NCBI RefSeq assembly: GCF_003918875.1
Contig: NW_025765148.1
Coordinates: 124,001 to 188,000 of the forward strand
Source of the DNA: Haliotis rubra
Lineage: Eukaryota
Direction of reading: 5' to 3'
Length of the DNA stretch: 64,000 nt
Shown: positions 12,001 to 23,684 of the stretch, piece after piece
Layout of the letters: each line of letters begins with the position of its first letter
Numbering within the stretch: the first letter of the stretch is position 1
Made by a program: the position numbers and the translations under genes
The notes under the pieces: model-generated
The model's input: the letters and a program-made list of their open reading frames with translations, nothing else
The model's database searches: none
Told to the model about the DNA's origin: nothing

Positions 12001-13350
12001 CTCCTGCTTACCTGTATAATCTTCTCAATCAGACACCACACCAACTTTCCTGTATAATCTTCTCAATCAGACACATCACACCTGCTTACCTGCATAAACT
12101 TCTCAATCAGACACATCACACCTGCTTACCTGCATAAACTTCTCAATCAGACACATCACACCTGCTTACCTCCACAACCTTTTTTCTCAATCAGACACAT
12201 CACAACTGCTTACCTCCATAACCTTCTCAATCAGACACACCATACCTGCTTACCTGTATATTCTTCTCAGACACATCACACCAACTTACCTGTATAATCT
12301 TCTCAATCAGACACATCACACCTGCATAATCTTCTCAATCAGACACATCACACCTGCTTACCTGCATAATCTTCTCAATCAGACACATCAAACCTGCTTA
12401 CCTGCATGATCTTCTCAATCAGACACACCATACCTGCTTACCTGTATATTCTTCTCACACATCATACCTGCTTACCTGTATATTCTTCTCAGGCACATCA
12501 CACCAACTTACCTGTATAATCTTCTCAATCAGACCCACCATACCTGCTTACCTGTATATTCTTCTCACACATCACACCTGCTTACCTGTATATTCTTCTC
12601 AGACACATCACACCTCCTTACCTGTATAATCTTCTCAATCAGACACATCACACTTGCATACCTGCATAATCTTCTCAATCAGACACATCACACCTGTTTA
12701 CCTGTATAATCTTCTCAATCAGACACATCACACCTGCTTACCTGTATATTCTTCTCACACATCACACCTGCTTACCTGTATATTCTTCTCAGACACATCA
12801 CACCTGTTTACCTGTGTAATCTTCTCAATCAGACACACCATAGCTGCTTACCTGTATATTCTTCTCAGGCACATCACACCAACTTACCTGTATAATCTTC
12901 TCAATCAGACACATCACACCTGCTTACCTGTATAATCTTCTCAATCAGACACCACACCAACTTACCTGTATAATCATTTCAATCAGATACATCACACCTG
13001 CTTACCTGTATAATCAATCAGACACATCACACCTGCTTACCTGTATAATTTTCACAATCAGACACATCACACTTGCATACCTGCATTATCTTCTCTATCA
13101 GACAGATCACACCTGCTTACCTGTATAATCTTCTCAATCAGACACATCACACCTGTTTACCTGCATAATCTTCTCAATCAGACACCACACCAACTTACCT
13201 GTATTATCTTTTCAATCAGACACATCACACCTGCTTAACTGTATAATCAATCAGAAACATCACACCTGCTTACCTGTATAATCTTCTCAATCAGACAGAT
13301 CACACATCTGTATCACACATGTCACACCTGTCTACCTGCTTACCTGTAGC
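12001..13350. repeat. About 40-bp minisatellite (about 34 copies) in PGAM5 intron 3
   Basis: Unit CACACCTGCTTACCTGTATAATCTTCTCAATCAGACACAT. Confidence 0.95.
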
Positions 13351-13383
13351 TACAGACTATCTTGCATATCAGTTTGAACCTAC

Positions 13384-13598
13384 CGCTTCTTCAGGCCTCC
13401 AGTGAGCGGACGGGGGCTCTGGGGGTATTGGTGCACCCTCTCGCAACAAGTCGTTCCGTACTATTGACAAGTGAGGCACATGCTTGTGAATGATGTCAGC
13501 TGTCTCCTTCGCTCGAGTCATCGTAGATGATATCAGGATGGTGTAGGGTAGGTTGAGATCCTTAAGTCTCCTCCCGGTAATGTCTGCTTGTTCTTGGC
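13384..13598 (-). CDS. PGAM5: PGAM5 exon 3
   Basis: QEQADITGRRLK...SSTMTRAKETADII...LLREGAPIPPEPPSAHWRPE. Confidence 0.95.
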
Positions 13599-14283
13599 CT
13601 GTGGTGTTTAAAGGATGGATTTGATATCAATAGATCTGACAATAAAAGCAAATGGAGAATTACTCAATCTGACCATAGTTTCACCAACAACTTACACATT
13701 AAAGAAAAGGCCTCCCCATAGTCTGATTGATTGAGCATCTGCCTGGAGAGCAGGCTGGTTGGTTGATTCCTGGCCATATTTCACAATAAAAACTTGAAAA
13801 TTGTATTTGTTATTACCCTGCCTGGTGCTTAGAATGTGACAGGCAGGCACACACAATTGTGGTCCGTTGTAAAATAGGAATTTATCTTCCCTGTAAGAGG
13901 AAATTTGGTTCAGCTTAGGTGGTACGGATGAAATTATCAAATGTAAGAGAATTCTCATGAAACACTTGTGAATTGTTGGTGTTTAGAGACAAGGACTAGG
14001 ACTGAGATCCAGAGGATGGCAGGGAGATGAAGGGACAGGCTGCAGGCAGCAGAAGATAATGAATGAGTGAGTTTGGTTTAACCCATGAACAAGAGTGGGG
14101 TGCCAACAGTCAATACATTTTCAGCACCAACCAGAAAATGAACCAATGCTCTTTTGTTTGTGCATGCCCAATACAAGGGAAACAACTCTGTACAGCAAAT
14201 GTCTGCAACTGGGTGACCTACGTCTCACCAGGACTTCACACACAAAACTCCCAAGGTATACTGCTTCTAGAAATAACACAAAC

Positions 14284-14462
14284 CCAGTTTAGTGAGGAAT
14301 CTGCCCAGGTCATCTGAGGACTCCATGTTGTACTGTCCATGACGAATCAGCAACAGATGACGGGTAGCCTTAGAAGTCTTTGTTTTCAGTTCATTTGTTG
14401 TTGTGTCGGAATCCTTGTCTTTGTCATGTTTGGAGGGTTTAACTAGGTTTTCTGGCTCACGT
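14284..14462 (-). CDS. PGAM5: PGAM5 exon 2
   Basis: REP...KATRHLLLIRHGQY, the histidine-phosphatase RH motif. Confidence 0.95.
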
Positions 14463-14586
14463 CTGAAACACAAGAAAGATACTTCCAATAATCTTTGGAT
14501 ATTGTCCACAAATTCATTTGGCAAAGTTTTTTTCTTTGTTTTCATACTGATTTCACTTAAAATGACAGCTTATTCTTTGTACTATA

Positions 14587-14767
14587 TGGAACAAGTTTTT
14601 ATGGATAACAACTTCTTTATTTGGTGAGTGCGACGTTTCGATACAGATTTTTGTACCGTTGTCAAGCAAGAGTGATACATAAAGTGGCTTGACAACGGTA
14701 CAAAAATCTGTATTGAAACGTCGCACTCACCAAATAAAGAAGTTGTTATCCATAAAAACTTGTTCCA
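14587..14767. mobile_element. Inverted pair of Penelope-like LTR ends, each with a hammerhead motif (81-bp arms, 19-bp spacer), in PGAM5 intron 1
   Basis: 14587-14667 is the reverse complement of 14687-14767 with one mismatch; homologous to 419-490. Confidence 0.7.
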
Positions 14768-15653
14768 CGTCTCAACTTCTAAAATGCCACTCAAACAAGG
14801 TATTCTTTGTACTGTTAATGCATCAGTTCTCTGTGCTTACAGCCTTAATATGGGCAGTGGGAAGGAGGAGGGAACTGGTCCAGCAATTCAGGACATTCAA
14901 ACAGCAATTTATTTAAAAGTCTGTTTACTTAAATTTAATGAAGAAATCCATAACAGAATTAACAATTGCTTCAATCACACAGAAACAATTAAGTAACAAT
15001 AAGAACCCTTAATTATCCATTATAATGAATCTCCATTCTTTTATGAAAAATACCCTGGACTCAACACCCTGTAGCTCCTGGATAAGTGGTCAACAAATAC
15101 ACCCCTTAAAATAAAAACAGTCAAATGATACTCCCTGTTCTAATGACACTCATGTTTCACAGCTGTATGCACAAAAATACATGCAAAAGTTCAGTAATCA
15201 CATAAATCTCTCTAAGGCCTTAACTACACATACTGTGGAAAGAATTCCAACACTGTTCTTTTTGTAGACATGTTAGCTAGGTTGGGTTTAACTCTAACCA
15301 TGATTTAATTCACAGCTAATTCACTTTCATATTACTTTTAGATGTAATGTAGGTCTTTATAATTAATAAATAATAACACATAGTATTTTAGTCAAAGTGG
15401 TTTGAATGATCGGAGGTCTCATATGTCGGTATTGTGGTTTTGGTAAGGCTATAACACAATTGTTTTACAGTTGGATACATGTGTGTACACGACCCAGATG
15501 TGGTTGCATAACATATCATCATGGCACAGATATCGCTTTTATGATCACAACAGTCTTCACAGTCATGATTTCATCAGGGAAAGAGATGATGCAGGAAGCA
15601 ATGAAGGACATTACATCAATACATCTAGTTTAAGTATTTGAGAATCTCTGCAC

Positions 15654-15838
15654 CTGTCCCAGTTATAGTCCCATTTCACGCTTGGTTGATGCGAGTATCC
15701 CCATTCACGTTTTGCTGAATAAGCAACGTTTGTATCTTTAGATTTCTCGTGAAAAAGAACACCAATTGCAGCTATAGCACCGGCTGTTCCCAATCCGTAT
15801 TTCCGGATGAAATATCCGATTCTTGCTCTCCAAACCAT
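15654..15838 (-). CDS. PGAM5: Mitochondrial Ser/Thr phosphatase PGAM5, exon 1 of 5 (complement join 15654-15838,14284-14462,13384-13598,11608-11741,10429-10579; 287 aa)
   Basis: MVWRARIGYF...GLGTAGAIAAIGVLF (TM segment)...KWDYNWDR (WDxNWD motif). Confidence 0.92.
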
Positions 15839-16112
15839 TTTGAATGTTTTTTGCAATTTTGCGGCAAGGGAATCACGTGTGCTTCCTGGTCTTTGGGACC
15901 AGTCGTTAGATGTTTCTTGTGTGCATGTTTTCTAAACACAAATATGAGTAATGAATCAACGAATAAACTCATAATATATTCTGTGTAAAGTAATATTTCA
16001 ACAAAAGTTACATAGAAGGTAGAATTATCTTATGCACGAAAAGAATGATTAAATGTGCATTGTTTGTTCGGCTTATGCGCCAAGAAACGGTCCCCCGGTT
16101 GGTTGTCGCAAT
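15839..16112. promoter_or_regulatory. Bidirectional promoter between PGAM5 and TPRKB
   Basis: Divergent ATGs at 15838 and 16113 with 274 bp between them; E-box TCACGTG at 15873-15879. Confidence 0.75.
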
Positions 16113-16256
16113 ATGGCTGCGACTGTAGTCAAACATGCTTTGTATCCTGATGCAACAATCACCATGGCGTTGTTTAGAGACGTTACGAATGCAGCAGAGC
16201 TTCGACAACATGTCATGAAGGGAGAATTCGAGGCTTCCCTCTTGAAACCAGCAATG
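16113..16256 (+). CDS. TPRKB: KEOPS subunit TPRKB/CGI-121, exon 1 of 4 (join 16113-16256,16591-16713,17356-17529,18079-18171; 177 aa)
   Basis: LYPDATITMALFRDVTNAAELRQHVMKGEFEASLLKPAM; donor gtacgt. Confidence 0.92.
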
Positions 16257-16590
16257 GTACGTAAATCCATTCCAGGGATACCCTCCAGGTTTCACCTGAA
16301 CAAATCTATGGTAGCGACTTTAGGGGTCCCTCACCTATCACTTGAATCAGAGACCATATATATTGTATGGTCTCTGCTTGAATGCAGTGCTTTCACGGTT
16401 ACTCTGTAAAACGTCACCGTCCTTCTTTGGCGAAAATCTAAATGTCGAATGAAAAGGAGAATAAATTAGGTAAGTAGAAATTCATTAGTAAGTGCCCAAT
16501 GCTGATACAACACTTTGATATTGATAACTGAAAAGTTGTTCTAAACAGTATTAAACACACGTCACTGTAGTTGTTTATTGTATGTTTCAG

Positions 16591-16713
16591 ATTGTGGATC
16601 CATTCCAAGTCCTTGTAGCTGCCAATAAAGCTGTACATTTACAACGCAGTGGGAAAATGATGACAAGAAATGTTCACACAGAGATACTCTTCAGTCTTTC
16701 ACCCTCAAAAAAT
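16591..16713 (+). CDS. TPRKB: TPRKB exon 2
   Basis: [17 protein letters not shown]...[20 protein letters not shown]. Confidence 0.95.
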
Positions 16714-16774
16714 GTAAGATCACTAAATTGTCAAACAAACTGTCTCAAACTCAATTATTGACAGGTTACTGTAA

Positions 16775-16938
16775 GGGTGGTGAGTTAGCCCAGTGGTTAA
16801 AGCGTTCGCTTGTCACACTGAAGACCCGGGTTCGATTCCCCACATAGGTACCATGTGTGAAGCCCATTTCAGGTGTCCCCTGCTGTGATGTTACTGGAAT
16901 GTTGCTAAACGCGGCATAAAACTAAACTCAGTCATTCA
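16775..16938 (+). mobile_element. tRNA-derived SINE family A
   Basis: A/B boxes plus shared body. Confidence 0.85.
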
Positions 16939-17355
16939 GTACAGGCTGCTGTCCTATAACTTAGCTTCTGAAATATTGTGAAGTGTCGACTTTAAACCAA
17001 GTGAACAATACTTTCATGATGTTCACGGTATGTATTAACAATTTGACTTTCACTGGCTTAACACTCTCAGACCTATATACCTATACCTGGATAGTTTTGG
17101 TAATCAAATATCATACAAATTCGAACATGAGCTAAAATGTTACCCGTATCAGTCAAAAGATGCAGAAAATATAGGTAAAGTATCTGGGTCCCGATCAACA
17201 AAGTGTTCGTAGTGCCAATACCTTCGTAAGCTTATGATAAACTATAGCGTAACGACATGTCGCAATGTTATGAATGCTTTGTGGATCAGGGCCAAGTTAT
17301 CTATAGTGGTTGTACTTGATGTGTTTGTTGTCATTTGATATCCATTGTTTTGAAG

Positions 17356-17529
17356 ATTTCAGATTCATTCAAGAAATTCGGTTTGGGTGACTCTGATACA
17401 TCAGCTTTAGTTGTGATCATCAATGACAACAATGGCAGCACACTGACAGCTGTGACAGACAAGGTGCAAGGAAGACTGGTTGATGTCACAGAAGTTAAAG
17501 AGCTCACAGACTCAAACATAGTGAATAAG
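17356..17529 (+). CDS. TPRKB: TPRKB exon 3
   Basis: ISDSFKKFGLGDSDTSALVV...VQG; AAG acceptor keeps the frame. Confidence 0.9.
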
Positions 17530-18078
17530 GTTTGTACAATATCAAGGAAACATTTAATTGTAATATTTCACAACACAGGTAAAAGTAATAAAGTGCACCC
17601 GGTTGTCATTTTCTGAAATGTAAGACCCACCCTATGTTAAGTTTCAGAATATGGTATTTGCTTATGTTCTAGTGTCCCCTTTGGATGTCTCTGGGATTTG
17701 GGTACCAAATCATCAACATTTTGAATCTTTTGAGTCCTGTTGATCGTATTTTTTAGCATTGAACTATTGGTCAAGCTTTGAAAGTCTCTTTCTTCCTAAT
17801 CGATCATTGTGTTCTATTGTGAAACTAACTTTTGTAAAGATATGACACATATATGAGAGTTCACCTTTGCCTGATTTTGAAAATTTGAATTGCACTATTT
17901 TAAGGAGATTTGCCATAAATCTTACTATTGCTTCTTGAATGGGCTGTTCAAGTTGGACAACCTCTGCCTCATCCATCTGACTTTGTAATGTCAAAAACAA
18001 ACATAGAGCGATATATCAGTTTCTTCTGAAAATAAGTCTTTAACTTTTGCCACGCCATTGTTTGTTTGTTTGTCCCAG

Positions 18079-18171
18079 GTGTACAAGCTCACTGAGGAAG
18101 AGCTGACTATATCATCTCCACTGGACTCCATCACGACAAGGATTGCAGCGAAGGAAATGGCCGTTGTTTGA
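18079..18171 (+). CDS. TPRKB: TPRKB terminal exon
   Basis: VYKLTEEELTISSPLDSITTRIAAKEMAVV*. Confidence 0.92.
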   Translation: MYKLTEEELTISSPLDSITTRIAAKEMAVV

Positions 18172-18479
18172 CACACACCAGCTACTGTTCTGCTCTATAG
18201 ATTTGAATGAACATGTAAATTGAAAATAAACAATATCTGTCACTACTTTCTTCGGTATTTGGTCTAACACATTAACCGTCAAGAAGACACATATTCCTCT
18301 ACACTGCAATTACGGTTAGGATTGCCTTAAGAATCATATTTACATTCAACTCATATTCAGAAAACATTATGAAAGTTTGGGGATGTTACAACTCGTGTCC
18401 AATGTGGGTCCTCTTGTCTGCAGTCACCTCTTGTCCCTAGTTACCTTTTGTAACAAATCACAAGCTGAATCGAACCTGT

Positions 18480-18746
18480 GAGTGAGATTGAGTTTGGTTT
18501 TACACCACACTCAGCAATATTCCAGGTATATGGTGGCAGTCTGTAAATAATCGAGTCTGGACCAGACAATCCAGTGATCAACAGCATGAGCATCGATCTG
18601 CACAATTGGGAACCGATGACGTGTCAACCAAGTCGGCGAGCCTGACCACCCGATCCCGTTAGTTGCCTCTTACGACAAGCATAGTCGCCTTTTGTGGCAA
18701 GCATGGGTTGCTGAAGACCTATTCTACCCCGGATCTTCATGGGTGG
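18480..18746 (-). mobile_element. SINE-like family B (structured non-tRNA head), near full length
   Basis: Other copies near 8027-8250(+), 19230-19340(-), 26008-26230(+), 34765-34925(-), 40410-40615(-), 40915-41105(-), 50815-51032(-), 54767-54977(+); shares its 3' end GGAATATTGCT...CGGCGT.AAAC with family A. Confidence 0.8.
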
Positions 18747-20052
18747 AATTGAACCTGTGGATCAGTGTAAATCATGTTGTTGATAACATCAGGGAGGGCC
18801 TGCTGACAAACCTATTTGAGAGTTACCCACCCACCCGACCAAGGATTAATAATTTCTATAACTTCCCTGGTTAATGATTAATTCTGAGTTATGATCAAAA
18901 TGTTAACAGCTGAAGTCAGCTTTCAATTTGCCACAGATTCCCTAATATGAACACCTACTGTACATGTGTCAAGTCTGTGCAGTTTGATAATAAATACCGG
19001 TACATATATCCAGAACAATAGAGTCCCTTTTTTGTTGCAAATAGTGTTTTGCATTGCATACAGAAATGCAAGGAAACAAACGAGAGACTTGCTGATGCTG
19101 TAAACCACCAGTTTGGTCCATTCTAGATTGTTCACTCTTTACAGTGACAGTGGGAATGTTGCTCACTGTGGTGAAAAATAACTTACACTCACTTACAGAG
19201 ATTTAGGAGTGAGTACAGCATGAACATTGATACGATGACATGTGTCAACCAAGCCAGCGAGCCTGACCAGCTAATCCTGTTGCCTCTTACGACAAGCATG
19301 GGTTACTGAAGATCAGTTCTAACCCAGATCTTCACGGACCTGAGAATAAGGAGAGCCCATAGTGTGTGTGTGTGTGTGTGAGAGAGAGAGCGGTGCAAGG
19401 TTGAATTTGACAATGTTATATTAGAAATAAGAGATGAATGGCTTTAAGATGTTCCTGAACTCAGGGGACACCACACCTGAAGACCCTTCCAAGGAAGAGT
19501 CCTATTAGATGGTTCAGTCATTTCAAAGAAGGCTCATAGTTATTTTCAACATGTTTAAATATGTGTTCAAGATTCTGCTATGTATTCCAGCTGGGACACA
19601 CCTCTTTTCTTCATCCACATCTATCAGGTGCTATTTTCAACAATATACTTCAACAATATATTTATGTATATCACAAATTCCATTTTTATTTATTGCAATT
19701 ACTAAATACAGTTCTTGACATCACAAATTATGACAATACAACACAAGATTATCAACCAATTATACCATCATTGAAATATCGTAACACAAGTATAAAAATA
19801 GTGTTATCTTTCAAATCCCAAAGAATGTTTTAGGACACATGTATTGTCATTTTGTTATATAATTTCACGCAGAAATAAAAAAACGAACTCAGTCTCCCTT
19901 ATACAAGTGTCAGGAAAAACGACGACCCCACCCTGTCACCACCACGCCACATATTCACATTGTAGGAAGTAACAGTAAAATCCCTCAGAGCGTTTTTCGC
20001 CATAAATGTAAGAGTAGATAACTCTAATTAGAACGTGAATTTTGTAAACAAC

Positions 20053-20151
20053 ATGGCTGACATTCTGTTCAAATTGCAGAAGGACGGTATAAATAAGAAG
20101 ATCTTGTATGCTGGGAAGGGCGATTTTCCTCCCTTTAAGGATGGATCAAGG
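20053..20151 (+). CDS. AIP: AH receptor-interacting protein (AIP/AIPL1 family; FKBP + TPR), exon 1 of 6 (join 20053-20151,21394-21573,22832-23009,23685-23871,25826-25968,26395-26606; 332 aa)
   Basis: MADILFKLQKDGINKKILYAGKGDFPPFKDGSR resembles the AIP N-terminus; joined CDS is 999 nt and in frame. Confidence 0.9.
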
Positions 20152-21393
20152 GTAGACATTTCCATTATTGTAACTGACCTGTTGATGGATAGATATGTTC
20201 AATAGGCATTACAGTATTTAGTTTGATGATGTTGACGAGTATTGTCGATTATTTTTATGAAATTATGTTTCTCAATTTGGTTACAGTCAGCCTAGAATCT
20301 TTCGAGAACCACAAAATCAATACATGTTGATGAATGTGTTGTTGTGTCGTTTACAATGCATTTTGTTGATTGTACTAAGATCTACTGAAACATCCAACGG
20401 ACGTCAGTATCATCCGTAATAATTTCACCAACAAATATGCAACAGGCACTAATGCCAGCGATCGGGTGTGGCTTGGGAACCCCATTAAATTGTGACTAAA
20501 TGTGGAAATAATACAGTCCAGGCTGTTTGAATTCAGGTCAATGAAAAGTAGTAATGCTATAGTAAGAGTATTGGATCAAATAATCATTTTAATGAATAGT
20601 TACCATGCAGACCTACAAGCTCATGTCAGTTATATTGGGCCACTTGGCGTAATTTCCATATATACTTGCATGTTATTTCAGTGAAGCATAAATAATTTTC
20701 ATGAAGTTTTGGATGGATCTTTGCAAAATCTGACATCATGTCATTCACTTCAGCATCTGTCTGGATCTTGTCAATATAAGCGTAGCAAACTACTGAAAGT
20801 AAATGTCTACTGATCTATAAAATCTTCTATAAATATGGCATATAACATTCACTCACTTGTTATTTTTTTTAAAAGAAGCAAATAATTCATGCATGCACCC
20901 TTGGTTTGAAACTGGTTGAAGTGTTTCTCCTTATGAGTATTTGATTGTGGTTTTATTGGATATGTTTTGAGCGAATCAACAATAGACTGGGAGAAAACTT
21001 GTGCACAGATGTCTGATGATAGCTATTTCTGGCTTAGTTCCTGAGACAATACGCAAAGTTATATTAATCTCTGCATATGCATATAACAGGAGAATGATTA
21101 TATGTGGAAAATTATTATGTCAACTGATGTTTTATCCCAATTTGCAAACTTTTATTGACCACAAATTTGTTAATAACTATTCATTTAAACATGAATATGC
21201 TGAAGGGTACCAATATGTATTTCTCTGCACATGTTATTTCAAAACATTTCTCAAAGACTCTGCACATGCTGAATTTGCATGATTTGGGTCTCACATGCTT
21301 GACTTGATGAATCTGTTGAAAATGAAAGGTCACCTCACTTAAGATTTGCTTGATTGAAGCCTGGGTAAGCTGTAGACTGAATCGGGGTTTCAG

Positions 21394-21573
21394 CTCACCT
21401 TCCATTACAAGACAAGTAAATGTGACGAGAACAAGACAGTTCTAGATGACAGTCGGAAACATGCCAAGCCCCTCGAGATTATCCTTGGCAAGAAGTTTAA
21501 GTTGGAGGTGTGGGAGATGTGTCTTCAGACTATGAAGGAGGGAGAGGTTGCTGAGTTCATCTGTGATATGAAG
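21394..21573 (+). CDS. AIP: AIP exon 2
   Basis: LTFHYKT...VLDDSR...KPLEIILGKKFKLEVWE...TMKEGEVAEF. Confidence 0.95.
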
Positions 21574-21830
21574 GTAACCTGCCATGGTTTGTACCAGACC
21601 TATCCAGGAGTTGTCTGTACACACTGGGGCTGATATCATATGCAGCATCAAGTCTCTGGAAATTGTCAGTAAAGAATTCCCTGGTTGGAAAAATAGCAAT
21701 TTACCAATTCATGTTAATATTATTGTGACTTATGATAATGCTTTTGTAGGGGTACTTCTACATCAGCAGAACCAATAAATAGGATGCTCAGTTAAAATAC
21801 CTAATGCTCAGTTAAAATACCTCCGAATTC

Positions 21831-22722
21831 GAGAGAGTTGTGCATATTGAATGAGAGAGTTGTGCATGTTGAATGAGAGGGTTGTGCATGTTGAATGAGA
21901 GGGTTGTGCATGTTGAATGAGAGAGTTGTGCATGCTGAATGAGAGAGTTGTGCATGTTGAATGAGAGAGTTGTGCATGTTGAATGAGAGGGTTGTGCATG
22001 TTGAATGAGAGAGTTGTGCATGTTGAATGAGAGAGTTGTGCATGCTGAATGAGAGAGTTGTGCATGTTGAATGAGAGGGTTGTGCATGTTGAATGAGAGA
22101 GTTGTGCATGTTGAATGAGAGAGTTGTGCATGCTGATTGAGAGAGTTGTGCATGTTGAATGAGAGGGTTGTGCATGGTGAATGAGAGGGTTGTACATGCT
22201 GATTGAGAGAGTTGTGCATGTTGAATGAGAGGGTTGTGCATGTTGAATGAGAGGGTTGTACATGCTGATTGAGAGAGTTGTGCATGTTGAATGAGAGGGT
22301 TGTGCATGTTGAATGAGAGGGTTGTGCATGTTGAATGAGAGGGTTGTGCATGTTGAATGAGAGGGCTGTGCATGTTGAATGAGAGAGTTGTGCATGTTGA
22401 ATGAGAGGGTTGTGCATGTTGAATGAGAGGGTTGTGCATGTTGAATGAGAGAGGGTTGTGCATGTTGAATGAGAGAGTTGTGCATGTTGAATGAGAGGGT
22501 TGTGCATGTTGATATGAGAGAGTTGTGCATGTTGAATGAGAGAGTTGTGCATGTTGAATGAGAGAGTTGTGCATGTTGAATGAGAGAGTTGTGCATGTAG
22601 ATTGAGAGAGTTGTGCATGTTGAATGAGAGAGTTGTGCATGTAGATTGAGAGAGTTGTGCATGCTGAATGAGAGAGTTGTGCACATTGATTGAGAGCATT
22701 AAACATGTTGAATGAGAGAGTT
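21831..22722. repeat. 22-bp minisatellite (about 40 copies) in AIP intron 2
   Basis: Unit GAGAGAGTTGTGCATGTTGAAT. Confidence 0.95.
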
Positions 22723-22831
22723 AAAAATGTGAATGAGAATTTTTATCATAAATAAAGGAGTTTTAAACCCTGTTGAAAAGAGGATTTGTCTGTTTATCAG
22801 TATCTTTCCAATTTGATCATTCACTCTGTAG

Positions 22832-23009
22832 CATGTGGCCACCTACCCACTGGTGGCCAAGAGTCTACGCCAGATCCATGCAGGGAAATCAGACAACCAC
22901 CAGCATGCCAGCCACTGTTGTGGCATGATGAACATGGCAGAACATGGTCTAGGTCATGCCGACCTAGATGAACTGATGAAGACTCCACAACCCCTCTCCT
23001 TCACACTTG
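22832..23009 (+). CDS. AIP: AIP exon 3
   Basis: [13 protein letters not shown]...HCCG...[18 protein letters not shown]. Confidence 0.95.
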
Positions 23010-23684
23010 GTAAGGCCACAGAGTACGTAGTGCTGTCCATTACAGCAACATTGGGATTTATACCCACAGCATTGTTAGAATGGCTGCAAGATGATCGTGT
23101 TTGTTTCTTTGTTCTGAATATGATGGATCTACGTTTGTTTGCTACCAGCAACATGACAACAACCTGTAATTATATATTTCTGGACCAAATAATCCTGTAA
23201 TTGATATTATTCCCATAAATAGATTACAATAACACAGTCAAGTTAGTCAGCTTGCATGACCCCCAGATCCTTTAAGTCACCTCTCAAGACCAGGATAGAC
23301 TGTTTTGCACCGATTTAAATCCAAAATCTCCAGAAGGAGAAATAATCTTGTGAAATAATCTGAAGCAAGAATTCCTGCGATGTACTGGCCATTCATCGGG
23401 TAAACGTTTGTACAGCACTCAAATGATACAGATAACGCATGGTACAATGAACTGTACACCGCTTTATTGACACAGATAGTTCACAGTGTCAGCACGTAGA
23501 GTGTTTTAGTTCCTAAATCATATTGGGCACTATATAAATTCTGTATATTATTATTCTAATCACAGTACTGTCAGTACTTTTGAAACATCTTTGACAGAAG
23601 AGAAAACAAATGATGTCAAGTCTTCAATCCTACTTGTCATGAACACCTGTGTTAATCTGGCAACTTTATTGTTGGTCTTTGTAG

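Noticed and set aside
19361-19390. (GT)n(GA)n microsatellite
   Set aside because: Ordinary short repeat
21801-22706. Three overlapping ~300-aa His/Ser/Thr-rich ORFs
   Set aside because: A 22-bp repeat read antisense inside AIP intron 2
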